Of a stretch of DNA of 64,000 nt, positions 1 through 8,605 are shown piece by piece (within the stretch, counting starts at the first letter, position 1; the number at the start of each line of letters is the position of its first letter). Source of the stretch: Candidatus Micrarchaeota archaeon. Lineage in GTDB: Archaea; Micrarchaeota; Micrarchaeia; Micrarchaeales; CABMGC01. The translations under genes were made by a program, and so were the position numbers. The notes beneath the pieces were generated by a model that saw nothing but the letters and a program-made list of their open reading frames with translations, made no database searches and was not told the origin of the DNA. The stretch spans positions 183,218-247,217 of the forward strand of contig JAGWHD010000001.1 of assembly GCA_028866995.1 (NCBI GenBank), read 5' to 3'.

Positions 1-276
1 TATCTGCTGCGTATTTACCACGCTCCTGGATAGCCTATTGCAGAGGCATGCGGCCAATGGCTTGCCTGCCTGCGGGTCCTCGGTCCAATAGATGCCGCCT
101 TTCAGCGCTCCATCGCGCACAAGCTGCAGGAGCTCGTTGACAGTGGGGAGCCTGCCACAGTGGGTTTTGACGATGCCAGGCACCTCTTCCGCCGGATGCC
201 TTCCAAGGACCAGTACCTTCAGATCATGGCTTTCCCCGTTGCGCCCACTTCTTGCCGTAACCACATGCCCAGGCAT
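1..276 (-). CDS. hypothetical protein, 5' part only (gene continues beyond window start)
   Basis: Not in the ORF track because there is no stop in the window. The reverse-strand ATG at 276-274 opens a frame that stays open for 92 codons to position 1 (MPGHVVTARSGRNGESHDLKVLVLGRHPAEEVPGIVKTHCGRLPTVNELLQLVRDG...). A TATA-like box lies about 30 nt upstream. No motif recognised. Confidence 0.4.
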   Translation of the reverse strand, partial: MPGHVVTARSGRNGESHDLKVLVLGRHPAEEVPGIVKTHCGRLPTVNELLQLVRDGALKGGIYWTEDPQAGKPLAACLCNRLSRSVVNTQQI

Positions 277-302
277 CCTACCAACATCCGTATGCCATAT
301 GA

Positions 303-312
303 ATTATATAAA
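303..312 (-). promoter_or_regulatory. TATA-like box (TTTATATAAT on minus strand) for the partial gene 1..276
   Basis: AT-rich box 27-36 nt upstream of the ATG at 276. Same spacing as other promoters in the window. Confidence 0.35.
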
Positions 313-316
313 CAGC

Positions 317-1339
317 CTACTTGTGCCTTATGGAGAGCTCGCCCATCGCGGACATCATTATAGGGGTGAACTCGTTCTCCGGCAATTCCTTGGCCCTATG
401 CCCTATAGCCTTCTGCGCCTGCTCCCTGTACTTCGCCGCTTCAGCCTGGGCATAATCGATGCTCTTGTACTTTTCTATCATGCCGACTATGTAGTCTATC
501 TCCTCCTTCGTCTTCTGCGCCCTGAGCTTGTTGTATATCCTGTTGATCTCCTGCTTCTCCTTCCCATCCGCGTGAGAATACGCGTGCAGCAGCATCAGCG
601 TCACCTTGCCCTCGTACAAGTCCCCATACCTCTTCTTGCCGAATGTCTTCTCGTCAGCGGTCATGTCCAGTATGTCATCGACTATCTGGAATGCCCTCCC
701 TGCTGGCATGGTTATCTCCTTGATCGCGTCAAGGACCGAATCGGGCTGGCCCGCGACTATGGCGCCAAGCTGCATCGGGCCGTAGACGGTGTAGCAGCAT
801 GTCTTCGAGTCGATTATCTTGTAATAAAGCCCCTCGGAGGCCTTGGAGATGTCCCTGACGTTGTATATGAAGTTGTCCTCAAGGTACTGCCCTTCGACAG
901 TGTGCTCCAGTATCGTGTAGAACTTGTCGAAGTACCTCTTGCCCTTCTCGACGCCGACCTTTGCCACGTAGTCGTTCGCCATCTTCCACATGGCCATGTG
1001 CGCCGCATCGCCTGCGTTGATCGATATCTCTTCGCCGTACATCTTGTGGAGCGTGGGCTTGCCCCTCCTCATCTCCGAATGGTCCTCTATGTCATCGTGT
1101 ATCAGTATCCAGTCCTCGGACAGCTGCATCGCGGCCGCAGGCAGCACCAGCTCCTCCTGCTTGGCGCCGAACAGCTGGCCGGCAAGCATCAGCAGCGCAG
1201 GTCTCCTGTACGACCCCTGCCTGTCGCTGTATTCCCTTACAATCTTGTAGTGGTCCACAGGCTCCTTCAAAGGCAGGTACTCGCATATCTTGTCGTACAC
1301 AGCCTTCCTGTGAATCTCTATGTATTCCTTGAAGTTCAT
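317..1339 (-). CDS. idsA: polyprenyl (geranylgeranyl) diphosphate synthase
   Basis: Both aspartate-rich motifs of trans-prenyltransferases are present (LIHDDIEDHSEMRRG and FQIVDDILD). I chose the internal ATG at 1339 (MNFKEYIEIH). It overlaps the stop of the upstream gene as ATGA. Confidence 0.9.
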   Translation of the reverse strand: MNFKEYIEIHRKAVYDKICEYLPLKEPVDHYKIVREYSDRQGSYRRPALLMLAGQLFGAKQEELVLPAAAMQLSEDWILIHDDIEDHSEMRRGKPTLHKMYGEEISINAGDAAHMAMWKMANDYVAKVGVEKGKRYFDKFYTILEHTVEGQYLEDNFIYNVRDISKASEGLYYKIIDSKTCCYTVYGPMQLGAIVAGQPDSVLDAIKEITMPAGRAFQIVDDILDMTADEKTFGKKRYGDLYEGKVTLMLLHAYSHADGKEKQEINRIYNKLRAQKTKEEIDYIVGMIEKYKSIDYAQAEAAKYREQAQKAIGHRAKELPENEFTPIMMSAMGELSIRHK

Positions 1340-1989
1340 GGGTTTGTCATCCTGTTGTATCTGCAGATCCCTGCAGCTGGGCAGTTCCCGCAAATGGGCC
1401 TTGTCCTGCAGTGCCTCTTCCCCAGTTCCACGAACTGGGCATGAAAGTCGCTATATAGCTCAATATCATGCTTTATATTAGCTGTTATCAGGGTTTTCAG
1501 ATTGTCGTAGTCCATATCGGGCTCGGTCCCGTATATCCTGCTTATTATCCTCCGGGTGTAGGCGTCCACGACGAATGTGGGATTGCCTGCTGCATACAGT
1601 ATTATGGAATCGGCCGTCTCCGGGCCTATGCCGTCAAGGGAGAGGAGCTCCTCCCTGAGCGAATCCGCGTCCTTACGGAACATGGCAACTGTGCTGCCGT
1701 AATTCCCGCATACGTACGATGCGAACGCCTTCAGCCTTCTTGCTTTCTGCCTGTAGAAGCCGCTGGGCCTTATCAGCCTTTCAAGCCTCTTCAGATTCAT
1801 GGAGCTTATCTTCCCAAAATCCAGGCTGTCCGCTTCCTTCAGGCTGGCTATGGCCTTCTCGACGTTTGACCAGGAGGTCTGCTGCGTGAGCATCGCCCCT
1901 ATGACTATCTCATCCCTCGTCTCGCCTGGCCACCAATCCAGGTATCCGAACCTTTTCCTGAGCCTGCCGTATAGACCTTCAAGCCGCAT
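1336..1989 (-). CDS. endonuclease III-related HhH-GPD family DNA glycosylase-like protein with [4Fe-4S] loop
   Basis: Helix-hairpin-helix LSLDGIGPETAD followed by VDAYTRR. C-terminal C-x6-C-x2-C-x5-C (CRTRPICGNCPAAGIC). Confidence 0.85.
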   Translation of the reverse strand: MRLEGLYGRLRKRFGYLDWWPGETRDEIVIGAMLTQQTSWSNVEKAIASLKEADSLDFGKISSMNLKRLERLIRPSGFYRQKARRLKAFASYVCGNYGSTVAMFRKDADSLREELLSLDGIGPETADSIILYAAGNPTFVVDAYTRRIISRIYGTEPDMDYDNLKTLITANIKHDIELYSDFHAQFVELGKRHCRTRPICGNCPAAGICRYNRMTNP

Positions 1990-1994
1990 TCTCC

Positions 1995-2981
1995 TTATTT
2001 GATCATCTCTATGTAGACTCCGTCCGCATGCCTCTGCTTCTCCTCCTCGATTATCCTTGCATAATCGACGTCTGCATCGCTCAGCCTCTCGACCTTCCCG
2101 CTGTCGATGAACTTGGGGTCGACGTACCTGAGCTTGTACCTCAGGAAGACGCCTTTGCCGTCCGATACCGTGAACCTCAGCCTCTCAAGCGACTCGTCAA
2201 GCAGCTCCTTCGCGGTCGTGTTGCCTGATTCCCTTATCTTCGCCATGACCCGCTTTTCGTCTGTGTGCATGTCGGCTATGCTTATGACCTTGTTGTCTAT
2301 CGCGTACTTGAGCGCGCCCCCCAGAAGATGGTATCTCAACAGGTTCTCCGGAGCGGCATAGTTCTCGCGTATGTCAGTGACATAGCAATCCGCGAAGGCG
2401 CGCGCAGATTCCCTTGAGTCGAACATCAGCTCGCCGTCGCGGTTGACGAGCCCCTTGATTGCCTTCTCGACGTTGCCCCTTTCTATGTTGTACGAGTCCC
2501 TGAGCGCGTAATCGACCCTGTCAGCGCATATGTCTGGGGCGTTCCTCTCCAGGAGGCCGAACCTGCCCTCCGTCTCCATGTTGGATATGCTCTCCAGATC
2601 ATGCCCGTATTTTGTTATTATAGCGGCTGCATCCGATTCCGTAACGTACCTGCTCAGTATGCTGTCCTGGTAGTCCTCCTTCAACGGGTCGCCTATCGCC
2701 CAGTCTGCCACGTGAGAAAAAGCGGTATGTGATATGTCGTGCAGGAGCCCAGCTATCTGCTCGTCTATTTCCGCACCCATCCTCATGAGAAGCAGCATGC
2801 ATCCTATGCTGTGCTCGTACCTCGTATAGTATGGGGGATTGCCGGTGCTCATCTTGGTCGATTCCGGATACCCCCTCTGCGAAACCCCCTTGAGCCGCTG
2901 CACGGCATTTGAGTTTATCAGCTCTACGAGTACAGGTTCTTTGATTTCTTCATTTCCGTAAATCTTGTCGGTTAACAGCAT
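1995..2981 (-). CDS. HD-domain metal-dependent phosphohydrolase
   Basis: H...HD signature (YEHSIGCMLLL ... AGLLHDISHTAFSH). 328 aa. Confidence 0.8.
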   Translation of the reverse strand: MLLTDKIYGNEEIKEPVLVELINSNAVQRLKGVSQRGYPESTKMSTGNPPYYTRYEHSIGCMLLLMRMGAEIDEQIAGLLHDISHTAFSHVADWAIGDPLKEDYQDSILSRYVTESDAAAIITKYGHDLESISNMETEGRFGLLERNAPDICADRVDYALRDSYNIERGNVEKAIKGLVNRDGELMFDSRESARAFADCYVTDIRENYAAPENLLRYHLLGGALKYAIDNKVISIADMHTDEKRVMAKIRESGNTTAKELLDESLERLRFTVSDGKGVFLRYKLRYVDPKFIDSGKVERLSDADVDYARIIEEEKQRHADGVYIEMIK

Positions 2982-2998
2982 CCGACCACGAGATGCCC

Positions 2999-3469
2999 TT
3001 ATTGAAGCTTTATCTCCCCGCTTGCGACCTTCTTGAGGTACTCCTTTGCGTCGATTCCCTCAACGGTTATGTTCATGCTCTTGCACGTCCCGAGGACCTG
3101 CTTGACCTTGTCAGCCATCGAGTTGCCGTATATAGAGAGCTCCTTGGCCTTTGCAACCTTCTTGACCTGGTCGAGCGTTATGTTGCCCACCACCTCCTCC
3201 TTGCCCTTCGCACCCTTCTGTATGCCGAGCTCCTTCAGTATCAGCGCGCTTGTCGGAGGAGACCCAACCTCTATCCTGTAGGTCTTCGTCGCGCCGTCGA
3301 CTATGACCTTTACGGGCACCTTTATCCCCTCGAACGCCCCCGTCTTCTGGTTTATCTCCTCTATTATCTTCTGCACGTTGACTCCGAGAGGGCCCAGTGC
3401 AGGTCCGAACGGCGCTCCGCCGGTAGCCTTGCCCCCTTCTATAAGACCGTTTATAGTTACTTCAGCCAT
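2999..3469 (-). CDS. rpl11: 50S ribosomal protein L11 (uL11)
   Basis: GGKATGGAPFGPALGPLGVNV and TYRIEVGSPPTSALILKELG are typical uL11. The start MAEV at 3469 lies just after the spt5 stop. The track ORF extends to 3478. Confidence 0.95.
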   Translation of the reverse strand: MAEVTINGLIEGGKATGGAPFGPALGPLGVNVQKIIEEINQKTGAFEGIKVPVKVIVDGATKTYRIEVGSPPTSALILKELGIQKGAKGKEEVVGNITLDQVKKVAKAKELSIYGNSMADKVKQVLGTCKSMNITVEGIDAKEYLKKVASGEIKLQ

Positions 3470-3470
3470 A

Positions 3471-3926
3471 TCAAGCACTCTCAGCCTTTTGTATTATCTT
3501 GGCCATGTTGGCCTTGGTGGTCACCGGGATCTGCACCGGGACGTCCATGAGCAGCACTGTCATCTCCTCCTTTGCGCTGTTCACCTTAATTACCTTTGCC
3601 TTGTAGCCCTTGTACGGACCGGAGAAGAACTCCACGACGTCATTGACGCCTATCTCCTGGATCTCCTTCTTCTGCGCAAGCATCTTGTCGAGGTCAGCCT
3701 CTGAAAGCGAAGACGGAAGCATGCCCTTCACATGGGGCTCGTTCATTATCAGCTCCCTGCAGGCTATCTCGTCCTTCGCCTCGACTATTATGTAGCCCCG
3801 CATGCCATAGGGCATCACTATCGAGTATATGTCCTGGTTTGCGTTGCCGATCTTGTTCTGCAGTATGTCTGAGGTTATCTTCTCCTGGCTTGCCGTTACT
3901 CTTACTATGAAGTACAATATGTTCAC
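3471..3926 (-). CDS. spt5: transcription elongation factor Spt5 (NusG homologue)
   Basis: NGN domain (YIVEAKDE...) plus C-terminal KOW (GPYKGYKAKVIKV). Sits immediately upstream of L11, as in other archaea. Confidence 0.9.
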   Translation of the reverse strand: MNILYFIVRVTASQEKITSDILQNKIGNANQDIYSIVMPYGMRGYIIVEAKDEIACRELIMNEPHVKGMLPSSLSEADLDKMLAQKKEIQEIGVNDVVEFFSGPYKGYKAKVIKVNSAKEEMTVLLMDVPVQIPVTTKANMAKIIQKAESA

Positions 3927-4013
3927 CCAAATTCGCGGATTTACACCTACCCTCAGGTAGGGGTGTAAATAGGCAATATTTAATAGAAAGAAAGGAATTT
4001 ATAACGTTCGCTG

Positions 4014-4868
4014 ATGGTCTTGGAGAAGGTAAGCTACAGGGAGGAGCTGAAAAGGGCATTCGGGAGCAGGTACGACGACATAACAAAGAGCTATGACATA
4101 CTCGGCAACATCGCGATAGTCGAGGGCACGAGAACAGACGCGAGGAAGAAGGCGAGGATAATAATGGGCATAAACAGGAACGTCAGGACAGTCGTCAGGA
4201 AGATGGGGGCCGTATCCGGGAAGTACAGGACGAGAGGATACGAGTATGTCGCTGGGGAGAAGAGCTTCGTCGCCACATACAGGGAGAACAACTGCGTCTT
4301 CAGGTTCGACATAAGGAAGACCTTCTTCTCTTCCAGACTCTCATTCGAGCGCGACAGGATAACGAGGCTGTCGAGGGACGGAGAGAGGGTCATAGTCATG
4401 TTCGCGGGGATGGGGCCGTTCGCGATAGAGCTTGCGAGGAAGAACAGGGGATCGAAAATCGTTGCGATGGAGCTGAACAGGGACTCGTACAGATACATGC
4501 TGGACAACATAGCCCTCAACAAGGTGCAGAACGTGGTCCCGGAGCTTGGCGACGTCAAGGAGCTGGTGGAGAAGCACAGGAGGTTCGCCGACAGGATAAT
4601 AATGCCGCTGCCAATGGAGTCGCACAAGTACTTAGGCGCAGTGAACAGCGCAGCGGCCAAGGGCTGCGTGGTCCATTACTACGCGTTCGGAGACATAGAC
4701 AGCCCCTACAAGAAACCTGAAGAGGCTTTGAAGAGCTTCTTCGCCAAAAAGAGGAGGAGGTTTAAGGTTGTGGGAAGAAGGGTTGTGAGGCCATATTCCG
4801 CCATGGAATCCGAGGTAGTGATAGATTTCGAGCTCGACGGCAAAAGACCGAGAAATGTATCAAAATAA
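4014..4868 (+). CDS. trm5: tRNA (guanine37-N1)-methyltransferase Trm5 (Met-10+ like)
   Basis: YDILGNIAIVE, FRFDIRKTFFSSRLSFERDRI and SAM-binding VMFAGMGPFAIELA are typical Trm5/Taw22 blocks. Confidence 0.85.
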   Translation: MVLEKVSYREELKRAFGSRYDDITKSYDILGNIAIVEGTRTDARKKARIIMGINRNVRTVVRKMGAVSGKYRTRGYEYVAGEKSFVATYRENNCVFRFDIRKTFFSSRLSFERDRITRLSRDGERVIVMFAGMGPFAIELARKNRGSKIVAMELNRDSYRYMLDNIALNKVQNVVPELGDVKELVEKHRRFADRIIMPLPMESHKYLGAVNSAAAKGCVVHYYAFGDIDSPYKKPEEALKSFFAKKRRRFKVVGRRVVRPYSAMESEVVIDFELDGKRPRNVSK

Positions 4869-4940
4869 CAGATACTTCCGCTTATTCTTGAAATATAGCT
4901 ACGCTTAAATATCATGCTTTTCATGCTATCCTGGAATAAG

Positions 4941-5303
4941 ATGTCATACTACCAGCAGGTGGCAACGAAGCTGACGCCTAACCAGGCATTCATGATAGCC
5001 AACAGGCTTACCGTCAGGCTCCAAGGAGAGTTCACGGATCCGAGAGTAAAGACGGAGCTTGCGCTCAGGCTCAGGGATGCGATATGGCCGCTCAAGGAGG
5101 TATCCGAGAGGCATCAGGAATTGAAGGGCGTCGCAAGGCTCGATGCAGTTGTAGAGGGAATACTGGAGGAGCATCCTGACGCAGTTAGAAACAAAGGCGT
5201 TCAGAAACTTACAAGAGATCCCGATGAGACGAAGGCGCTCTACGACGCGGCCATCCTCGCAAAGAGGACCGAAAGGCTTCTCCTGTATTACGACAATTTC
5301 TGA
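4941..5303 (+). CDS. hypothetical protein
   Basis: 120-aa ORF from ATG 4941 (MSYYQQ). TATA-like CTTAAATATC at 4904-4913. Protein-like composition, no motif recognised. Confidence 0.55.
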   Translation: MSYYQQVATKLTPNQAFMIANRLTVRLQGEFTDPRVKTELALRLRDAIWPLKEVSERHQELKGVARLDAVVEGILEEHPDAVRNKGVQKLTRDPDETKALYDAAILAKRTERLLLYYDNF

Positions 5304-5333
5304 ACTTCGTCATTAGACTGACGGTTTTGGCGT

Positions 5334-5344
5334 CTTTAAATACC
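5334..5344 (+). promoter_or_regulatory. TATA box CTTTAAATACC
   Basis: Lies 30 nt upstream of ATG 5374. The same 10-11-mer recurs upstream of the genes at 18650 and 28929. Confidence 0.5.
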
Positions 5345-5373
5345 AGTAAATTTCACCATAGGAATCGATAGAA

Positions 5374-5784
5374 ATGAGTATGTACAGAGAACCGAAGAAC
5401 GCCAATGCACGCCTGCTGGATATGCTCAACATGGCTACGGGATACACCAGAAGGATGGGGCATTCGGACAACGCCATTGCAAAGGCGCAGTTCTGCATGC
5501 ACATGGGCAAGGCGCTCAACGGCGCAGGAGCTCTCCTCGGCATAGAGAGCAGCACCAGAAAGGAGGAGCTGAAGAGGCTGCTAAGGATAGGAGCTGTTGA
5601 GGAAGTGGAGTTCGGGCCTTTCGAGACACAGCACATAGAATACGCAAGGCGGATAGCAACGCACGTGCAGGCGCTCGCAGGCGATGCGGCTAGCGGAAGA
5701 ATAAACCCTACGAACGAACTGATATACGCTTACGCAGGCGCCAGGAAGGAATATGAAGACCTTGTCGGTAGCATAGGCTCCTGA
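5374..5784 (+). CDS. hypothetical protein
   Basis: 136-aa ORF with its own TATA box. No motif recognised. Confidence 0.6.
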   Translation: MSMYREPKNANARLLDMLNMATGYTRRMGHSDNAIAKAQFCMHMGKALNGAGALLGIESSTRKEELKRLLRIGAVEEVEFGPFETQHIEYARRIATHVQALAGDAASGRINPTNELIYAYAGARKEYEDLVGSIGS

Positions 5785-5798
5785 AACCTACTCCTTAA

Positions 5799-6155
5799 TC
5801 ACTTGTATACTGAACGGTAGACGTTGTTCGTGTCATCGGTGATGACGATGCACTCCCCTTCGCACTCTATCAGGCATGCCTGGCAGAGTATGCATGCTGA
5901 TCCCTGCACTGCAACGGACAGTCCGCCGCTCCCTCCCTCGTACTTCTCGTGGAAGTGGTTGTGCCCGTCCTGGACGTTCTCCCATTTCGCCTTGACGTCG
6001 GGAAGGGTCTGTCCCTTCCACTTCTCATTGTCAGGAGCGACGTCGTTGTTAGCGTCTGGGGAGCTCCTGTCCTTCATCTCGAATACCGCTACTGGGCAGA
6101 CATCGAAGCAGTGAGCGCATCCAGTGCATTTGGGCTTTTCAACGTAGACTTGCAT
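5799..6155 (-). CDS. 2x[4Fe-4S] ferredoxin-like protein with long inter-cluster insertion
   Basis: CTGCAHCFDVCP (C-x2-C-x2-C-x3-CP) near the N-terminus and CILCQACLIEC near the C-terminus. They are separated by about 60 residues that include DGHNHFHEKYEGG. TATA-like box at about 6192-6202 on the minus strand. Confidence 0.8.
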   Translation of the reverse strand: MQVYVEKPKCTGCAHCFDVCPVAVFEMKDRSSPDANNDVAPDNEKWKGQTLPDVKAKWENVQDGHNHFHEKYEGGSGGLSVAVQGSACILCQACLIECEGECIVITDDTNNVYRSVYK

Positions 6156-6281
6156 TCATCACACCGTGCTTGGTAATGGAATACTAATGCTATAAAACAC
6201 TATCGCGCCCTTTCGGGAATGCGATGCGCAAGGCTGACGCTCGGCACCGTAAGGCATTTCGTGGCAGATGCCTTCCATGCT

Positions 6282-6593
6282 TTAGCCGAATAGGCTTGCC
6301 AATCCGCCTGCAGCTTCCTCCTCGCTGACTGCCTTCTCCTCCTTCTCCTCCTTCTTCGCTGGGGCTGCCCCTGCGGCTGGTGCTGCGGCTGCCGGCGCTG
6401 CGGCCTGCACTGTCTGCGCGTTCTTTATGACGTCCTTGATGTTTACTCCCTTGAGAGAGCTAGCCACGGACTTCGCCATGGCCTCATCAGGAGTCACTCC
6501 TGCGGCCTTTACCACTTCGACGAGATGCTTCTCGTCAACCTCCTTTCCTGCTGCATCAAGCAATAGTGCAGCATAGATGTATTCCATTTCCAT
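6282..6593 (-). CDS. rpl12: 50S ribosomal stalk protein P1 (aL12)
   Basis: [10 protein letters not shown]... N-terminal domain, Ala/Pro hinge, acidic tail ending GLASLFG. Confidence 0.95.
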   Translation of the reverse strand: MEMEYIYAALLLDAAGKEVDEKHLVEVVKAAGVTPDEAMAKSVASSLKGVNIKDVIKNAQTVQAAAPAAAAPAAGAAPAKKEEKEEKAVSEEEAAGGLASLFG

Positions 6594-6605
6594 TTCACCT
6601 AAGTA

Positions 6606-7517
6606 TCATTGCGAAGGGGCAGGAGTCTCTTCCTTCTTCTCCTCTGCCTTCTCGGCCTTTTCCTCCTTCTTCTCCTCCTTTGCCTCCTCCTTTATCAGCG
6701 GCTTTATGCTGAGGGCCTCTCTTACAGCGTTTGCAAGCAGCTTGTCTGTTATCCCTGGCTCGTATATCTTTGCTGTGAGCCCGAGCCCGAGCGCAGACAG
6801 GTATCCCTTCCTTATGAGCATGTCGGCGTTGTAAGGGGTCACGAAGCCTATCGATAGAGAGAGCGCGTTGGCCTCCCCGAAGCTCCTTGTTATCTCGTTT
6901 GTCACGAAGACTACATCTATCCCTAGGGCCTTGCTCGTGAATAGCAGGTTGTCGTTAAGCACAACTCTCAGGCTTGTTCCTGTCTCGAAAGGCATTATGT
7001 CGAGCATCTTGAGCGCCTTGGCCACAGCCGTGCTTATCTTCGCGCCCTTTGTAACGAGCACCTTGCTCTTCGATATGACCACCTTGCCCTTGTCTATCTT
7101 GACGTCTATGCCTGCGGACTTGAGGTCCGTGACCGCCTGGCCCGGAGGTATGGTGGTCTCGCCGCCCTCTATCCTTATGTCGTCAGGGGATATCTGGTTC
7201 GGCTTCGCGCCGAGCTTCATCCTGTTCCTCTTGACTATAGCGTTGAGCTCGGTAGGGCCCATGTCGGTGAACATCAGTGCGAAGTTGCCATCCGTGTACT
7301 CCTTGAGCTGCGCGAGCCTCTCGTCGCCTTCCAAGGTCCTCATTATCAGGCTCTTCCTGGCAACCATGAACCTGACCTTGGGCTTGAGCTCGTTCCTGAG
7401 CCTCTGGACGAGCCTGTCAGGGACTGCATCGATCGGCATTATGCCTATCGTCTTGCTCTCCTTGGCCTCTTTCTTGAGCCTCTTTACGAATTCAACCTTC
7501 TGCGCTTTCAACATCAT
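6606..7517 (-). CDS. rpl10: 50S ribosomal protein L10 (uL10/P0)
   Basis: Lies between L1 and L12. C-terminal KEEAKEEKKEEKAEKAEEKKEE stalk tail. ATG at 7517, or the track's GTG at 7526. Confidence 0.93.
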   Translation of the reverse strand: MMLKAQKVEFVKRLKKEAKESKTIGIMPIDAVPDRLVQRLRNELKPKVRFMVARKSLIMRTLEGDERLAQLKEYTDGNFALMFTDMGPTELNAIVKRNRMKLGAKPNQISPDDIRIEGGETTIPPGQAVTDLKSAGIDVKIDKGKVVISKSKVLVTKGAKISTAVAKALKMLDIMPFETGTSLRVVLNDNLLFTSKALGIDVVFVTNEITRSFGEANALSLSIGFVTPYNADMLIRKGYLSALGLGLTAKIYEPGITDKLLANAVREALSIKPLIKEEAKEEKKEEKAEKAEEKKEETPAPSQ

Positions 7518-7522
7518 AAATA

Positions 7523-8170
7523 TCACACGAACCTGAACGGCTTGCTCATCGTGAGCTTTACGTAGGCGCTCTTGATGTGGCTGCTGCCCACCTTCCTCGT
7601 AATCGACCCGACGACCTCGTTGACGTTCTCGTATATCTGCTTGGGATCCATGTCCTCCGTCCCAACAACGCAGTGTATCGTAGGCAGGTTCTTGCCCCTG
7701 TTCCTTACCGATATCCTCTTGTTGAGCTCGTTGGCCAGCGCAGAGAGCGTTACACCTATCAATGGCTTGGGCATCTTGTTCCTTGGTCCGAGGAACTGAC
7801 CGAGGCTCTTCGCGATCGAGGGCATCAGGTTGGGCTGCGCCACCAGGTCGTATTCGAGCAATGAGTTGAGCCTCTTCTGGTCAGCAGCGATCGCAGCAAG
7901 TTCGTTGCCGTCTATGACTGCTATCCCGTTCTTCGCAGCCTCGTCCGCGACGTTCTTGTCGGTGGCGAATACTGCCACCTTCTTGACCTTGCCCTTCGAG
8001 TATGGAAGCGCTACCTCTACGTTGAGCTTGTTGTCCTGCTTCGTGAAGTCGATGCCCTTGAAGTTCACAGCTAGCTCTACAGTCTGCTTGAATTTCCTCT
8101 GCCCTTTGTTCTCAGCGATGAAGCTGCTGAACTTCTCTAAGTCTCCTGCCATGATGAATCCCTCCTGCAA
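7523..8170 (-). CDS. rpl1: 50S ribosomal protein L1 (uL1)
   Basis: FKQTVELAVNFKGIDF, LGPRNKMPKP and VRNRGKNLPTIHCVVG are uL1 blocks. Alternative start MAGD at 8152. Confidence 0.95.
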   Translation of the reverse strand: MQEGFIMAGDLEKFSSFIAENKGQRKFKQTVELAVNFKGIDFTKQDNKLNVEVALPYSKGKVKKVAVFATDKNVADEAAKNGIAVIDGNELAAIAADQKRLNSLLEYDLVAQPNLMPSIAKSLGQFLGPRNKMPKPLIGVTLSALANELNKRISVRNRGKNLPTIHCVVGTEDMDPKQIYENVNEVVGSITRKVGSSHIKSAYVKLTMSKPFRFV

Positions 8171-8283
8171 TATTGCAGTGATTACGGGAAAATCAGATGC
8201 TAGACATATCTCATGAAAATATAAAAAGCTTTCCAGTGCCGTCTGGATTATTCTTATATATCAGGATATGCCGCTATGGTACC

Positions 8284-8589
8284 ATGCAGCTGCGCCGCAA
8301 CCCGATGTCATGCCTGGAGAACCAGTTCAGGGTATACAGCGGCAGCAGGGAGATAGACGAGTGCACCCCAGAGATGCTGCTGGAAGCCTTCAGGAAGCTT
8401 CCGCCTGACGAGCAGAGGGTGCTCTCAGCGAGATGGGATGTCGATAGAATAGGTATGGAAGGGCTGCTCAAGAATCCGGTGATGAGCCAGAAGCAGGCAT
8501 CGGAGGCGCTGGGTATGCCGTTAACAAAGTCAGGCTGCTGGAAGGGACGGGCACCGCGAAGATGGCGCACGAGCTCTCCAGGATGCTAA
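8284..8589 (+). CDS. small HTH protein, sigma-70 region-4-like; 3' end possibly frameshifted
   Basis: LPPDEQRVLSARWDV...MSQKQASEALGMPLTK resembles a sigma70_r4/LuxR-type HTH. After 8529 the annotated frame turns W/R/C-rich (SGCWKGRAPRRWRTSSPGC), while the -1 frame reads VRLLEGTGTAKMAHELSRMLREK*. TATA TTCTTATATATC lies about 25 nt upstream of ATG 8284. Confidence 0.5.
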   Translation: MQLRRNPMSCLENQFRVYSGSREIDECTPEMLLEAFRKLPPDEQRVLSARWDVDRIGMEGLLKNPVMSQKQASEALGMPLTKSGCWKGRAPRRWRTSSPGC

Positions 8590-8605
8590 GGGAAAAGTAG
8601 CTCAA

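Noticed and set aside
92-1444. 450-aa plus-strand ORF spanning the antisense of the prenyl synthase and EndoIII-like genes
   Set aside because: The composition is L/R/V/H/P-rich and it has no motifs, whereas the opposite strand encodes two proteins with textbook motifs. It is a shadow ORF caused by codon bias.
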